This document shows positions 7,830 to 18,006 of a stretch of 32,000 nucleotides of DNA, one piece after another. The stretch is taken from assembly GCF_042660085.1 (NCBI RefSeq), contig NZ_JBHSTI010000002.1, positions 450,001 to 482,000 on the forward strand, in the 5' to 3' direction. The number at the start of each line of letters is the position of its first letter. Within the stretch, counting starts at the first letter, position 1. The position numbers and the translations under genes were made by a program. Below the pieces are notes generated by a model. The model was not told the origin of the DNA. It saw only the letters and a list, made by a program, of their open reading frames with translations, and ran no database searches. The DNA comes from Longivirga aurantiaca. GTDB lineage: Bacteria; Actinomycetota; Actinomycetes; S36-B12; CAIYMF01.

Positions 7830-8663
7830 GTGACCGCGGCACCCGCGATGATGCGTGCCGTGGACGGGCTGAGCATCGACGTCGTCGGCGAGGGCGCGCC
7901 CGTGGTCCTGCTGCACGGCGCCCTGGGCTGGGGGGCGCAGACCTTCGCCGAGCAGTATGTGCTCGCCGACACCTATCGCCTGCATGTCGTCGACCGTCGC
8001 GGGTACGGCGCCTCTCCGCATCAGGGCGCGGTCGGGTGGCCCGTCGACGTACCGGACCTGCTCGCGCTTCTCGAGCAGCTCGGCGGTGCGCACGTGCTCG
8101 GGCACTCGTACGGCGGCGTGGTCGCGCTGATGGCCGCAGGGCAGCGGCCCGACCTCGTGCGGTCGCTCGTCGTCGTCGAGCCGCCGATGTACGGGATCAG
8201 CGACCATCCCGAGGCCCAGTCGCTCACCGCCGACCTCTGGGGCCTCGCCGAGCGGGCGCCGCACCAGGACGGCGCGGAGTTCTTCGCCGACTGGGCCGAC
8301 CTCGTCCTCGGCCTGCACCCGCGCCTGGTGTCGATCACGGTCAACGGCTGGAGCGACCTCGACCGCATCGCCGCCGAGGCAACGCGGGTCGAGGCGATGC
8401 CGCTCGACCCCCCGGTCGACTGGGACGGCGTACGACGGGTGAGCGGCCCCACTGTCGTGGCGTCCGGTGCCTGGCCGCCCGAGAACGCCCGCGCCGCAAC
8501 CGATCCCAAGCGGCTGCGCGCCGCGGCTGCCTTCCGGGAGACCGCGCGCGAGGTGGCCGAGCGGCTCGGCGTGCCGATCACGCAGTTCGACGCGTCCGGC
8601 CACAACCCGCAGCTCACCGAGGCGGCGGCGTTCAACTCGCTGCTCCGGCGTACCTGGGGCTGA
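7830..8663 (+). CDS. Alpha/beta-fold hydrolase
   Basis: PVVLLHGALGWG oxyanion region, VLGHSYGGVVAL nucleophile elbow, C-terminal SGHNPQL (His). The start is ambiguous: GTG 7830, or ATG 7848 giving MMRAVDG. Confidence 0.8.
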   Translation: MTAAPAMMRAVDGLSIDVVGEGAPVVLLHGALGWGAQTFAEQYVLADTYRLHVVDRRGYGASPHQGAVGWPVDVPDLLALLEQLGGAHVLGHSYGGVVALMAAGQRPDLVRSLVVVEPPMYGISDHPEAQSLTADLWGLAERAPHQDGAEFFADWADLVLGLHPRLVSITVNGWSDLDRIAAEATRVEAMPLDPPVDWDGVRRVSGPTVVASGAWPPENARAATDPKRLRAAAAFRETAREVAERLGVPITQFDASGHNPQLTEAAAFNSLLRRTWG

Positions 8664-8680
8664 CGCCTCACGCACCGATG

Positions 8681-8708
8681 TGCCAGAAACCGCAAGGGTT
8701 TTCTGGCA
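8681..8708. terminator. Bidirectional hairpin between convergent genes
   Basis: TGCCAGAAACC-gcaa-GGGTTTTCTGGCA, an A/T-containing stem with one bulge, in the 55-bp gap between the hydrolase and the molybdoenzyme gene. Confidence 0.55.
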
Positions 8709-8718
8709 GTTCGGTGGG

Positions 8719-10275
8719 TCAGGCGGGGCCGCCGACCTCGACGGTGATCTCGTGCAGGCCGGCTGACGCGCCCGGGAAGATGGGACGCTCCGCTTCGGTC
8801 TGCCAGGTGCCGTCGCTGCTCCGCGCGCGGCACTCGAGGGTGTGCGGGCCCGGGGTCGCGGGCCACTGCCACGACCACAGCCGCCACGAGTCGTCGCCGA
8901 CGTCGGAGGCGAGGACGGCGTCCTCCCACGCACCGCCGTCGACGCGCACCTGAACGGCCTCGATCCCGCGGTGCTGGTGCCAGGCCCGACCGCCGACCGC
9001 GACCGTGCCGCCCGTGATCAGCGTGCGGTTGCGAGGCACGTCGATCCGCGACGACAGCTCGATCGTCCCGTCGGCCGACCAGCCACGAGCCAGCCAGAAG
9101 GGCACCGTCTCCTGCAGCGTCGTCAGCCGGATAGCGCTGAGCCACTTGGTCGCCGAGACGTAGCCGTAGAGCCCGGGGACGACGAGCCGCGCGGGGAACC
9201 CGTGCTTCACGGGCAGCGGCTCGCCGTTCATGGCGTAGGCGATCATCGCGTCGCGGCCGTCGTCGAGGACCGACAGCGGGAAGCCGGCGGTGAATCCGTC
9301 GACCGACTCGCCCACGAGCGCGTCGGCGTCGGGCCGCACGCCCACCGTGGCGAGGACGTCGCTGAGCCGCACGCCCTGCCACCTCGCGTTGCCGACGAGG
9401 TCACCGCCGACCTCGTTGCTGACGCAGGTGAGAGTCACGTGCCGCTCGATGCTCGGCAGCGCGAGCAGGTCGGCGTACGACAGCGTGAGGGGCGTGGCGA
9501 CGCGCCCGTCGACGGTGAGCGACCAGCTCTCGACGTCCACCGCGGGCGTCACGAGCGCGGTGTCGATCTGGTAGAAATCCGCGTTCGGTGTGACGGCGGG
9601 TGCGAGGCCGGGCACCGCCGGGTCGACGCCGGCAGGCAGCGGCTTCGCGGGATCGGTGGGCTTCGGCAGCCCGATCGCGGCGCGCACGGTGTCGACCGCC
9701 GCCGCGCTCCCTCGCCGCGCTGCCGCTGCTATGCCGACGCCGACGGCGCCAGCAGCCGCCAGCACGGCGGCGAGCTGCAGGAACGCGCGGCGGTCGAGCG
9801 CTCCCGCAGGAGTGGATCGCATCGTGGGGCGGGTCGGGCTCAGCACGAGGCGTGTCCAGGCGAGGGCGCCGACCCCCACGCCGACGGCGAGGGCGATCGC
9901 GAGGGTGACGGCGTCCTGCACATTGCCTGTGAAGCAGAGCAGCCACGTGACGAGCCCGCCGGCGGCGAAGACCCACGGCACCCGCTCCGGCTTCGCGAAC
10001 CAGCCGACGAGCGCGCCCACGATCACGACACCGAGGACGATGCCGAGCACGAGCAGCGGCTTGTCGGCCGTGCCGACCGCGCCGATAAGCGTCTCGCGCA
10101 GGCCGTCGGGCGTGTTCTCGATGATGCGGTCGGCGAACGCCGCCGTGGGGCTGGGAGCGCCCGGCAGGATCAGCCCGGCCACCTCGGCGGCGCCGAGACC
10201 GGCGAGCGCGGAGGCGCCGCCCGCCAGCGTGAGCCGCGCCGGGTCGCGCCTGGCCTCGGCCTGGACCTCGCTCAT
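8719..10275 (-). CDS. Polytopic membrane-anchored molybdopterin-dependent oxidoreductase (sulfite-oxidase family) with internal twin-arginine motif
   Basis: Start at ATG 10275 (MSEVQAEARR...) with GGAGGGG upstream. About four N-terminal hydrophobic helices, then ALDRRAFLQLAAVLAAAGAVG. Moco domain: HVTLTCVSNEVGG, NGEPLPVKHGFPARLVVPGLYGYVSATKWL. C-terminal Ig-like domain. The upstream part of track ORF 8719..10596 is rejected because it overlaps ccdA. Confidence 0.88.
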   Translation of the reverse strand: MSEVQAEARRDPARLTLAGGASALAGLGAAEVAGLILPGAPSPTAAFADRIIENTPDGLRETLIGAVGTADKPLLVLGIVLGVVIVGALVGWFAKPERVPWVFAAGGLVTWLLCFTGNVQDAVTLAIALAVGVGVGALAWTRLVLSPTRPTMRSTPAGALDRRAFLQLAAVLAAAGAVGVGIAAAARRGSAAAVDTVRAAIGLPKPTDPAKPLPAGVDPAVPGLAPAVTPNADFYQIDTALVTPAVDVESWSLTVDGRVATPLTLSYADLLALPSIERHVTLTCVSNEVGGDLVGNARWQGVRLSDVLATVGVRPDADALVGESVDGFTAGFPLSVLDDGRDAMIAYAMNGEPLPVKHGFPARLVVPGLYGYVSATKWLSAIRLTTLQETVPFWLARGWSADGTIELSSRIDVPRNRTLITGGTVAVGGRAWHQHRGIEAVQVRVDGGAWEDAVLASDVGDDSWRLWSWQWPATPGPHTLECRARSSDGTWQTEAERPIFPGASAGLHEITVEVGGPA

Positions 10276-11060
10276 GCGGACCCCTCCGGGAGGAAGCCGG
10301 AGTCGAGGTTCCACGGCTGGATGGGGGAGTGCTCGAGGATCCAGGCCTGCAGGTCGCGGTCCCAGCCGAGTGCGACGGCGACCCCGACGAGGATGAAGAC
10401 CAGCCCGAGCCCGCGCCGGAACCTGCCGTGCGGGTCGGCCGCCCAGCCGAGCCTGGCGATGACCCGCTGGCCCGCGAGGGCGACGACCAGAAGCGTGCCC
10501 GCGAGGCCGACGACGTAGATCGTCAGCAGCACGAGGCCGTCGACGGGCGAGGCGGGCAGGACCGTGACGAGGACGTACGCGTAGAGCGGCGAGCACGACG
10601 TGAAGACCGGACCGAGTGCCGCACCCGTGAGGACGGCGCCTGCGGTGCCGTCACGATCGGCGGCCGCGGCGAGGCGCGCGGTGCTGCGCCCCTGGAGCCC
10701 GAGCCGACCGGACACCCTGTCCCAGGCCGTGGGGAACAGCATGGCCGCGCCGAGGGCGACGAGGATGCCGCCCGAGAGCCAGGACCACACCTCGGGCGGG
10801 ATGCCCAGCAGTGCGGTCGTCGCGCGCAGCAGCAGGGTGAACGCCAGCACCGACACGGCGAGCGATCCGGCCACCACCAGCGCGCGCCGTGTGCCCGGGG
10901 AGACGCGTTGCCTCACAGCGACAGATCCCGCGGCGTGATCCGCACCGGTCGTCGGAGCGACCGAGCCGCCCACGATGACGGGCAGCAGGGGGAGCACGCA
11001 CGGGGCGAGGGTCGTGAGGACGCCTGCCGCGAGCGCCCCCAGGAGGACGACAGGATCCAC
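10272..11060 (-). CDS. ccdA: Cytochrome c biogenesis / thiol-disulfide electron transporter CcdA (DsbD-core family)
   Basis: GTG 11060: VDPVVLLGALAAGVLTTLAPCVLPLLP... plus a second Cys motif, GPVFTSCSPLY. Six hydrophobic helices. The stop overlaps the molybdoenzyme start (ATGA). Confidence 0.85.
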   Translation of the reverse strand: MDPVVLLGALAAGVLTTLAPCVLPLLPVIVGGSVAPTTGADHAAGSVAVRQRVSPGTRRALVVAGSLAVSVLAFTLLLRATTALLGIPPEVWSWLSGGILVALGAAMLFPTAWDRVSGRLGLQGRSTARLAAAADRDGTAGAVLTGAALGPVFTSCSPLYAYVLVTVLPASPVDGLVLLTIYVVGLAGTLLVVALAGQRVIARLGWAADPHGRFRRGLGLVFILVGVAVALGWDRDLQAWILEHSPIQPWNLDSGFLPEGSA

Positions 11061-11062
11061 GG

Positions 11063-11566
11063 TCAGGCGACCTTCCCGGCGATCTCGCCGCCGGTGTAGG
11101 TGCCCGTCCAGGCGCCGATCTTCGCGCCGGAGGCGTCGACCTGGACGAAGGTGTGCTGCACGGTCACGCCGTACTGCTGGCGCAGTGCCGTCTCGCTGTC
11201 GAAGTCGAGCTTCACCACGGTGAGCCCGTCCGGCAGCGACGCGGGATCGGCCGTGAGGTTGGAGTCGGTCTCGCGGCACTTGGGGCACCAGTCGGCGTGG
11301 AAGAACAGCACCACCGGTCCGGAGGAGAACGCCTCCTTGTCGGCCGTGTAGTCGGCGTACGTCACGTAGCCGTCGCGAGCCTCGGCCGCGGGCGTCGTGG
11401 CCGACGCCGACGGTGAGCCGGACGTCGCCGGAGCGGTGGAGGAGGAGGCCGAACCGGCTGTCGACGCCGGTGCCGCCGAGCCCCCGGAGGTGGTCGTGCC
11501 GCAGGCGCCGAGCAGCAGCCCGACGGCGATCAGAGCGGGCAGGGCTCGTGCGGTGTGCGAAGTCAT
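11063..11566 (-). CDS. Extracytoplasmic thioredoxin-fold lipoprotein (WCPKC)
   Basis: ATG 11566 with GAGGAGAA RBS. Signal and lipobox ALIAVGLLLGAC, a Ser/Thr/Ala linker, then VVLFFHADWCPKCRE. The stop lies 2 nt before the ccdA start. Confidence 0.85.
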   Translation of the reverse strand: MTSHTARALPALIAVGLLLGACGTTTSGGSAAPASTAGSASSSTAPATSGSPSASATTPAAEARDGYVTYADYTADKEAFSSGPVVLFFHADWCPKCRETDSNLTADPASLPDGLTVVKLDFDSETALRQQYGVTVQHTFVQVDASGAKIGAWTGTYTGGEIAGKVA

Positions 11567-11688
11567 CGGCTTCTCCTCGGTCGAAGTGTTACCAGTGGAA
11601 CTCATCCGCGCACCCGGGAGGTCCCTCGAGCGCTTACGGACCGATGACGTCGTGCTCCGGGCCGCTGTCGCGGCGCATCCGCGGTCCG

Positions 11689-11694
11689 TACGCT
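11689..11694 (+). promoter_or_regulatory. -10-like TACGCT 6 nt before the GTG of the response regulator (candidate leaderless promoter)
   Basis: TACGCT-gcgcag-GTG. It overlaps the right arm of the TACGGACCG/CGGTCCGTA inverted repeat. Confidence 0.35.
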
Positions 11695-11700
11695 GCGCAG

Positions 11701-12438
11701 GTGCCTCGCGTCCTTGTCGTCGACGACGACCTCACCGTGGCCGAGGTCGTCCTCGGCTACCTCCGACGCGACGGGTTCGAGGCCGCGCACGCGGCAGATG
11801 GCCTCGCCGCTCTCGCGATCGCCGAGCAGGCACCGCCCGACCTCGTCGTGCTCGACCTCATGCTGCCCGGGATCGACGGGCTCGAGGTGTGCCGCAGGCT
11901 GCGTGCGGCGAACCCCTCCCTCCCGGTGGTCATGCTCACCGCGCGCGGCGAGGAGGAGGACCGCATCGCGGGCCTCGAGGTGGGCGCGGACGACTACGTG
12001 GTGAAGCCGTTCAGCCCGCGCGAGCTCGCCCTGCGCGTGCGCTCGGTGCTGCGCCGCACGGAGCCGCGGACTGCGGCCGAGGCCGATCCGGTGCTCGTGG
12101 ACGGCGATCTGCGCGTCGACACCGCCGCACGCGCCGCCACCCAGGGCGGCGCACCGCTCGCGCTCACGACGCGCGAGTTCGACCTGCTGTCGCACCTGCT
12201 CGCGAACCCCGGCCGGGCGATGTCGCGCGAGGACCTGCTGCGCGACGTGTGGGGCTGGGACTTCGGCGACCTCTCGACCGTGACCGTGCACGTGCGCCGG
12301 CTGCGCGAGAAGGTCGAGGCTGATCCCGCGACGCCGACCCGCCTCGTCACGGTGTGGGGCGTCGGCTACCGCTGGGACCCTGCTGCGTCCTCCGCCGGTG
12401 AGGCGCTCGCGCAGACCTACGGGGGCCCGGAGGAGTGA
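11701..12438 (+). CDS. OmpR/PhoB-family response regulator
   Basis: [10 protein letters not shown]...[21 protein letters not shown]...[13 protein letters not shown] receiver domain plus a winged-helix C-terminus ([12 protein letters not shown]...VWGVGYRW). An alternative ATG at 11644 is less likely. Confidence 0.88.
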   Translation: MPRVLVVDDDLTVAEVVLGYLRRDGFEAAHAADGLAALAIAEQAPPDLVVLDLMLPGIDGLEVCRRLRAANPSLPVVMLTARGEEEDRIAGLEVGADDYVVKPFSPRELALRVRSVLRRTEPRTAAEADPVLVDGDLRVDTAARAATQGGAPLALTTREFDLLSHLLANPGRAMSREDLLRDVWGWDFGDLSTVTVHVRRLREKVEADPATPTRLVTVWGVGYRWDPAASSAGEALAQTYGGPEE

Positions 12439-13448
12439 CGCTCGACTTCGCGCTGGCCGCGCAGGCTGCGCTCGCCGCTGCCGTCGTGGGAGTGCTGGGC
12501 GTGCTGGGGGTTCTCCTGCTCGCCCGTCGGTCGCCCCGCTGGGCGGCGGTGCTGACACCCGTGATCGTGGTGCTCGCGGTCGCGGCGGGCGTGCTGGCGG
12601 GCGCGCGCTCGATGGTGCTCGAGGGCGCAGACCTCGCGGTCGTCTGGACCGTCCTGCTCGCGGTCGTGCCGGTCGCGCTCGTGGTCGGCGTGGTGCTCGC
12701 GCGGCGCACGATGGGCCTGCAGCGCGAGATCGAGCGCGAGGCCGCCGCGCGGGCGATGGAGGCCGAGGTCGAGGCGCGTCGGCGCGAGATGGTCGCGTGG
12801 GTCTCGCACGACCTCCGCACGCCGCTGGCCGGCATCCGCGCGATGACCGAGGCGCTCGAGGACGGCGTGGCGCCCGATCCGTCGGCGTACCACCGGAGGA
12901 TCCGCGAGGAGGTCGACCGGCTCGCGGCGATGGTCGACGACCTGCTCGCGCTGTCGCGGCTGCAGTCGGGCCAGCTCGAGCTGTCGCGGTCGCTGCTGCC
13001 GCTGCGCGACCTGGTGTCGGACACGCTGGCCGGTGCCGAGCCTCTGGCCCGCGAGCGCGGCGTGGCCGTGTCCGGCACGTGCGACGACGCGGTGACGGCG
13101 TACGTCGACGAGGCGGCGCTCTCGCGCGCGCTGACCAACCTCGTGGTGAACGCCGTGCGCTACACGCCGTCGGGCGGTTCGGTGCGGATCGAGGCGGCGT
13201 CGGACGGCGCGGTCACGGCGCTGCGCGTCGTCGACACGTGCGGCGGCATCCCCGCGGACGACCTGCCGCGTGTGTTCGAGGCCGGGTGGCGCGGCACGGT
13301 CGCGCGCACCCCGGGGGCCACGAGCGGCGCGGGGCTCGGGCTCGCCGTCGTACGAGGCCTGGCCGACGCCCTCGACGGCTCCGTCACCGCCGCCAACACC
13401 CCCACCGGCTGCGTCTTCACCCTCACCGTCCCGGCCACCGCCCCCTGA
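12435..13448 (+). CDS. Sensor histidine kinase (three N-terminal TM helices, no obvious extracytoplasmic or HAMP domain)
   Basis: GTGA overlap with the regulator stop. H-box [13 protein letters not shown]. ATPase motifs [30 protein letters not shown]. Confidence 0.88.
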   Translation: MTLDFALAAQAALAAAVVGVLGVLGVLLLARRSPRWAAVLTPVIVVLAVAAGVLAGARSMVLEGADLAVVWTVLLAVVPVALVVGVVLARRTMGLQREIEREAAARAMEAEVEARRREMVAWVSHDLRTPLAGIRAMTEALEDGVAPDPSAYHRRIREEVDRLAAMVDDLLALSRLQSGQLELSRSLLPLRDLVSDTLAGAEPLARERGVAVSGTCDDAVTAYVDEAALSRALTNLVVNAVRYTPSGGSVRIEAASDGAVTALRVVDTCGGIPADDLPRVFEAGWRGTVARTPGATSGAGLGLAVVRGLADALDGSVTAANTPTGCVFTLTVPATAP

Positions 13449-13505
13449 CCGCGCTCGGGTGACCCCTCGGGTCGATGGTGGAGGGCGCGGGGAACGTGCT
13501 GCGGG

Positions 13506-14378
13506 TCAGGCGGCGGGAGCGTCCGCCAGGTCGAGGCGGATGCGTGCGGCGGCGAGGTGCGGGTTGGTGCGCCGTGCCTCGGGCACCGCGAGCAGCGCAG
13601 TACGCAGCGCCCGCGCGGTGAGCGACGCCGACAGATCGGTGGTCGGCAGGCCGGGCAGCGCGAACATCCGGCGCGACCAGCGCGGCATGAGGCCGAACCC
13701 GGTGAGCGCGAGCGTCGTCCACGCCGGGCGGGCCGGGGTCAGCAGCTGCACGCGCGGCGCCATCGGCGGCCAGATCAGGTCGCGCACCGACTCGCGCGTC
13801 TCCGGCGTCACCTCGAGCTGCGGCTTCATCCGCTCGAAGTACGCCGACAGCTCGGCGACCGAGGCCGGCACGGTGTCGAGGTCGCAGCCGACGAGGCGCG
13901 CGGCCTCGACCTGCTCGAGCACGTACTGGTCGGCCTCTGCGTCGGTCAAGGGTGCGCCGGAGCGACGGTGACCCACGAGCCAGGAGTCGACCGCGCCGCA
14001 GTGCACCCACAGCAGCCAGTCGGGCCGGTCGAGACCCAGCTTGCGGTGGACGAAACGCACGCGGGTGGCGGTCTTCTCGGCCTCGGCCCGGGTGCCGTAC
14101 GTGATGGCGTTGACGTAGGCGCCGGTCCGCGCGAGCCGGCCCCAGGGGTCCTCGCGGGTGGAGGTGATGTCGTGGAACGAGCGCATGACGTCCGGGTGCA
14201 GCGCCTGCAGGATCAGCGCCCGGATGCCGCCGACGACGTTCGCGGGGTCGTGGTGCACGCGCCAGGAGACGCTGTCGGGGCCGAAGAAGCCCGGGTCCGG
14301 CGTCGCCTGGTCGAGCGACTCCATCGGGGTGAAGCCGCTGCGGATCCCGGTGCGGGGGCGCTCGAAGGTCTCGGACAT
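13506..14378 (-). CDS. MpaB/DUF2236-family oxygenase
   Basis: ATG 14378 (MSETFERPRTG...) with GGGAG upstream. GPDSVSWRVHHDP...GGIRALILQALHP...RVRFVHRKL are typical of this family. The N-terminal 111 codons of the track ORF are rejected. Confidence 0.75.
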   Translation of the reverse strand: MSETFERPRTGIRSGFTPMESLDQATPDPGFFGPDSVSWRVHHDPANVVGGIRALILQALHPDVMRSFHDITSTREDPWGRLARTGAYVNAITYGTRAEAEKTATRVRFVHRKLGLDRPDWLLWVHCGAVDSWLVGHRRSGAPLTDAEADQYVLEQVEAARLVGCDLDTVPASVAELSAYFERMKPQLEVTPETRESVRDLIWPPMAPRVQLLTPARPAWTTLALTGFGLMPRWSRRMFALPGLPTTDLSASLTARALRTALLAVPEARRTNPHLAAARIRLDLADAPAA

Positions 14379-14564
14379 GGTGCTCCCAGGGTGCCCCTTC
14401 CCCGCGCCGGGCGCACGGCGGACGGGCTCGACGCCGCGTCGATGGGGGAGCCCGGTTGCCCCGCCGTGGGCCGGGGGCAGCCGTATCCGGCACGTACGGG
14501 GAGTGGCGGGCGAGACATCGGGGCGTGAGCGGTGGTGGTCCGGCTGGCGGGCTCGGGCCGATAG

Positions 14565-16010
<1,446 letters not shown>

Positions 16011-16029
16011 TCGCGGCACACTCGTACGC

Positions 16030-16524
16030 ATGACGGGGCCGTCGCAGCGTGCCGCGGAGCGCCAGGCGGCGCGCCGCGGGGCTGCGACGTCCCCGTCCGC
16101 ACGAGGTCGCGTCCGGTCGGTCGCGACCGCCGTGCGCGACCGCCCGACCCTCACCGGGCGCGCCGTCGTCCTCGCCGCCATCCTCGGCATGCTCGTGCTC
16201 ACCCTCGCCGTGCCGCTGCGCGAGCTCGTCGCCCAGCGCGCGGAGATCAACGCGCTGCGCGCCGCGAACCAGGCTGCGTCGGCCCGCGTGGCCGAGCTCG
16301 TCCTGCGCGAGGAGCGGCTGAAGGACCCGGCGTACGTCACCTCGCTCATCCGCGAGCGGCTGCACTACGTGCTCCCCGGCGAGGTCGGCTACGTCGTCCT
16401 CGACCCCGAGGAGGCGCCGGCGCCGGCGAAGGCGGGCGCGAAGGCCCCCGCGAACCCGTGGTACGCCACGCTGTGGTCGTCGGTGCAGTCCGCCGACCAG
16501 GCAGCCGGTGCCGCGTCGCGCTGA
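16030..16524 (+). CDS. ftsB: Septum formation initiator FtsB/DivIC-family protein
   Basis: A basic N-terminus, one TM helix (AVVLAAILGMLVLTLAV), then a coiled coil and LKDPAYVTSLIRERLHYVLPGE. Position after eno matches Rv1024. Confidence 0.8.
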   Translation: MTGPSQRAAERQAARRGAATSPSARGRVRSVATAVRDRPTLTGRAVVLAAILGMLVLTLAVPLRELVAQRAEINALRAANQAASARVAELVLREERLKDPAYVTSLIRERLHYVLPGEVGYVVLDPEEAPAPAKAGAKAPANPWYATLWSSVQSADQAAGAASR

Positions 16525-16570
16525 CGCGCCCGTCACTGCCGCCTGCTCGCGGCTCTGGAAGGCTTGCCCC

Positions 16571-17074
16571 ATGACCGACGCGCCGTCCCCCGACGACCTC
16601 GCCGCCATCGCCCGCCAGCTCGGGCGCGAGCCGCGCGGCGTGCGCCGGGTGGCCCACCGCTGCTCGTGCGGCGACCCGGACGTGGTGGAGACCGAGCCGC
16701 GGCTGCCCGACGGCACCCCGTTCCCGACGATGTACTACCTCACCTGCCCGCGCGCGGCCGGCCTGATCGGCACCCTCGAGGCCGGCGGCACGATGCGCGC
16801 GATGCAGGACCGCCTCGCCGACGACCCCGGCCTCGCGGCTGCGTACTCCGCGGCGCACGAGGCCTACCTCGCGGCCCGCGAGGAGATCGCGCACGTCGAG
16901 GAGATCGCGGGCATCACCGCCGGCGGCATGCCGTCCCGGGTGAAGTGCCTGCACGTGCTGGTGGGCCACTCCCTCGCCGCCGGGCCCGGCGTGAACCCCT
17001 TCGGCGACGAGGCCCTCGCCCTCCTGCCCGACTGGGGTGCGTCCGGCCCGTGCACGCGGGACGAGACCGCGTGA
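16571..17074 (+). CDS. DUF501-family protein
   Basis: RCSCGDPDVVETEPRLPDGTPFPTMYYLTCP...GGMPSRVKCLHVLVGHSLA. Position matches Rv1025. Confidence 0.8.
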   Translation: MTDAPSPDDLAAIARQLGREPRGVRRVAHRCSCGDPDVVETEPRLPDGTPFPTMYYLTCPRAAGLIGTLEAGGTMRAMQDRLADDPGLAAAYSAAHEAYLAAREEIAHVEEIAGITAGGMPSRVKCLHVLVGHSLAAGPGVNPFGDEALALLPDWGASGPCTRDETA

Positions 17075-18006
17075 GCGCGGTGCGCGTCGCCGCGATCGAC
17101 TGCGGCACCAACGCCATCCGGCTGCTCGTCGCCGACGTCGACCTCGAGGCGGGAACGCTCGTCGATGTCGACCGCCGCATGGAGATCGTGCGGCTCGGCG
17201 AAGGGGTCGACGCCACCGGTCGACTGTCCGAGGGAGCGCTCGCGCGCACGTTCGCGGCGTGCGAGACCTACGGGGCCCTGATCACGTCGTACGGCGCGAT
17301 CCGCGTGCGGTTCGTGGCCACGTCGGCCTCGCGCGACGCGAGCAACCGCGCGGACTTCGTCGCCGGCGTGCTCGCGCGGATCGGCGTCGAGCCCGAGGTG
17401 ATCTCGGGCGACGAGGAGGCTGCGCTGTCGTTCACCGGCGCGACGCGCGGGCTGGTCGGCGCGGAGCCGCCGTACCTCGTGGTCGACATCGGCGGCGGCT
17501 CGACCGAGTTCGTCCTCGGCACGAGCGTGCCGGTGGCGGCGCGCAGCGTCGACATCGGATGCGTGCGGATGACCGAGCGCCACGTGCGGCACGATCCGCC
17601 GACCCCTGCCGAGGTGGCCGGTATCGTCGCCGACGTCGATGCGGCGATATCCTTTGCAGCAGAGGCGGTTCCGCTCTCCGAGGTGCGCACGCTGGTCGGG
17701 CTCGCAGGCTCGGTCACCACCGCCGCCGGCATCGCGCTCGACCTTCCCGAGTACGACTCGGCGCTCATCCACGGATCGCGGATCAGCGCGGCGGACGTGG
17801 ACGCCGTGTCGGAGCGGCTGCTCGCGCTCGGCCACGACGAGCGCTCGGCGATCGGCGTCATGCACCCCGGCCGCGTCGATGTCATCAACGCCGGCGTCCT
17901 CGTGCTGCGCCGGATCATGCACCGCACCGGAGTGCCCGAGGTGCTCGTCTCCGAGCACGACATCCTCGACGGCATCGCCTGGGCGCTGGCCGAGCCCGGG
18001 GCATGA
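17071..18006 (+). CDS. Ppx/GppA-family exopolyphosphatase / pppGpp phosphohydrolase
   Basis: GTGA overlap with the DUF501 stop. VRVAAIDCGTNAIRLLVADV...VVDIGGGSTEFVLG... Confidence 0.88.
   Translation: MSAVRVAAIDCGTNAIRLLVADVDLEAGTLVDVDRRMEIVRLGEGVDATGRLSEGALARTFAACETYGALITSYGAIRVRFVATSASRDASNRADFVAGVLARIGVEPEVISGDEEAALSFTGATRGLVGAEPPYLVVDIGGGSTEFVLGTSVPVAARSVDIGCVRMTERHVRHDPPTPAEVAGIVADVDAAISFAAEAVPLSEVRTLVGLAGSVTTAAGIALDLPEYDSALIHGSRISAADVDAVSERLLALGHDERSAIGVMHPGRVDVINAGVLVLRRIMHRTGVPEVLVSEHDILDGIAWALAEPGA

Noticed and set aside
10276-10596. Upstream extension of the molybdoenzyme ORF (track start 10596)
   Set aside because: It would overlap ccdA by more than 300 nt in another frame. ATG 10275 has a GGAGGGG RBS and forms an ATGA junction with the ccdA stop.
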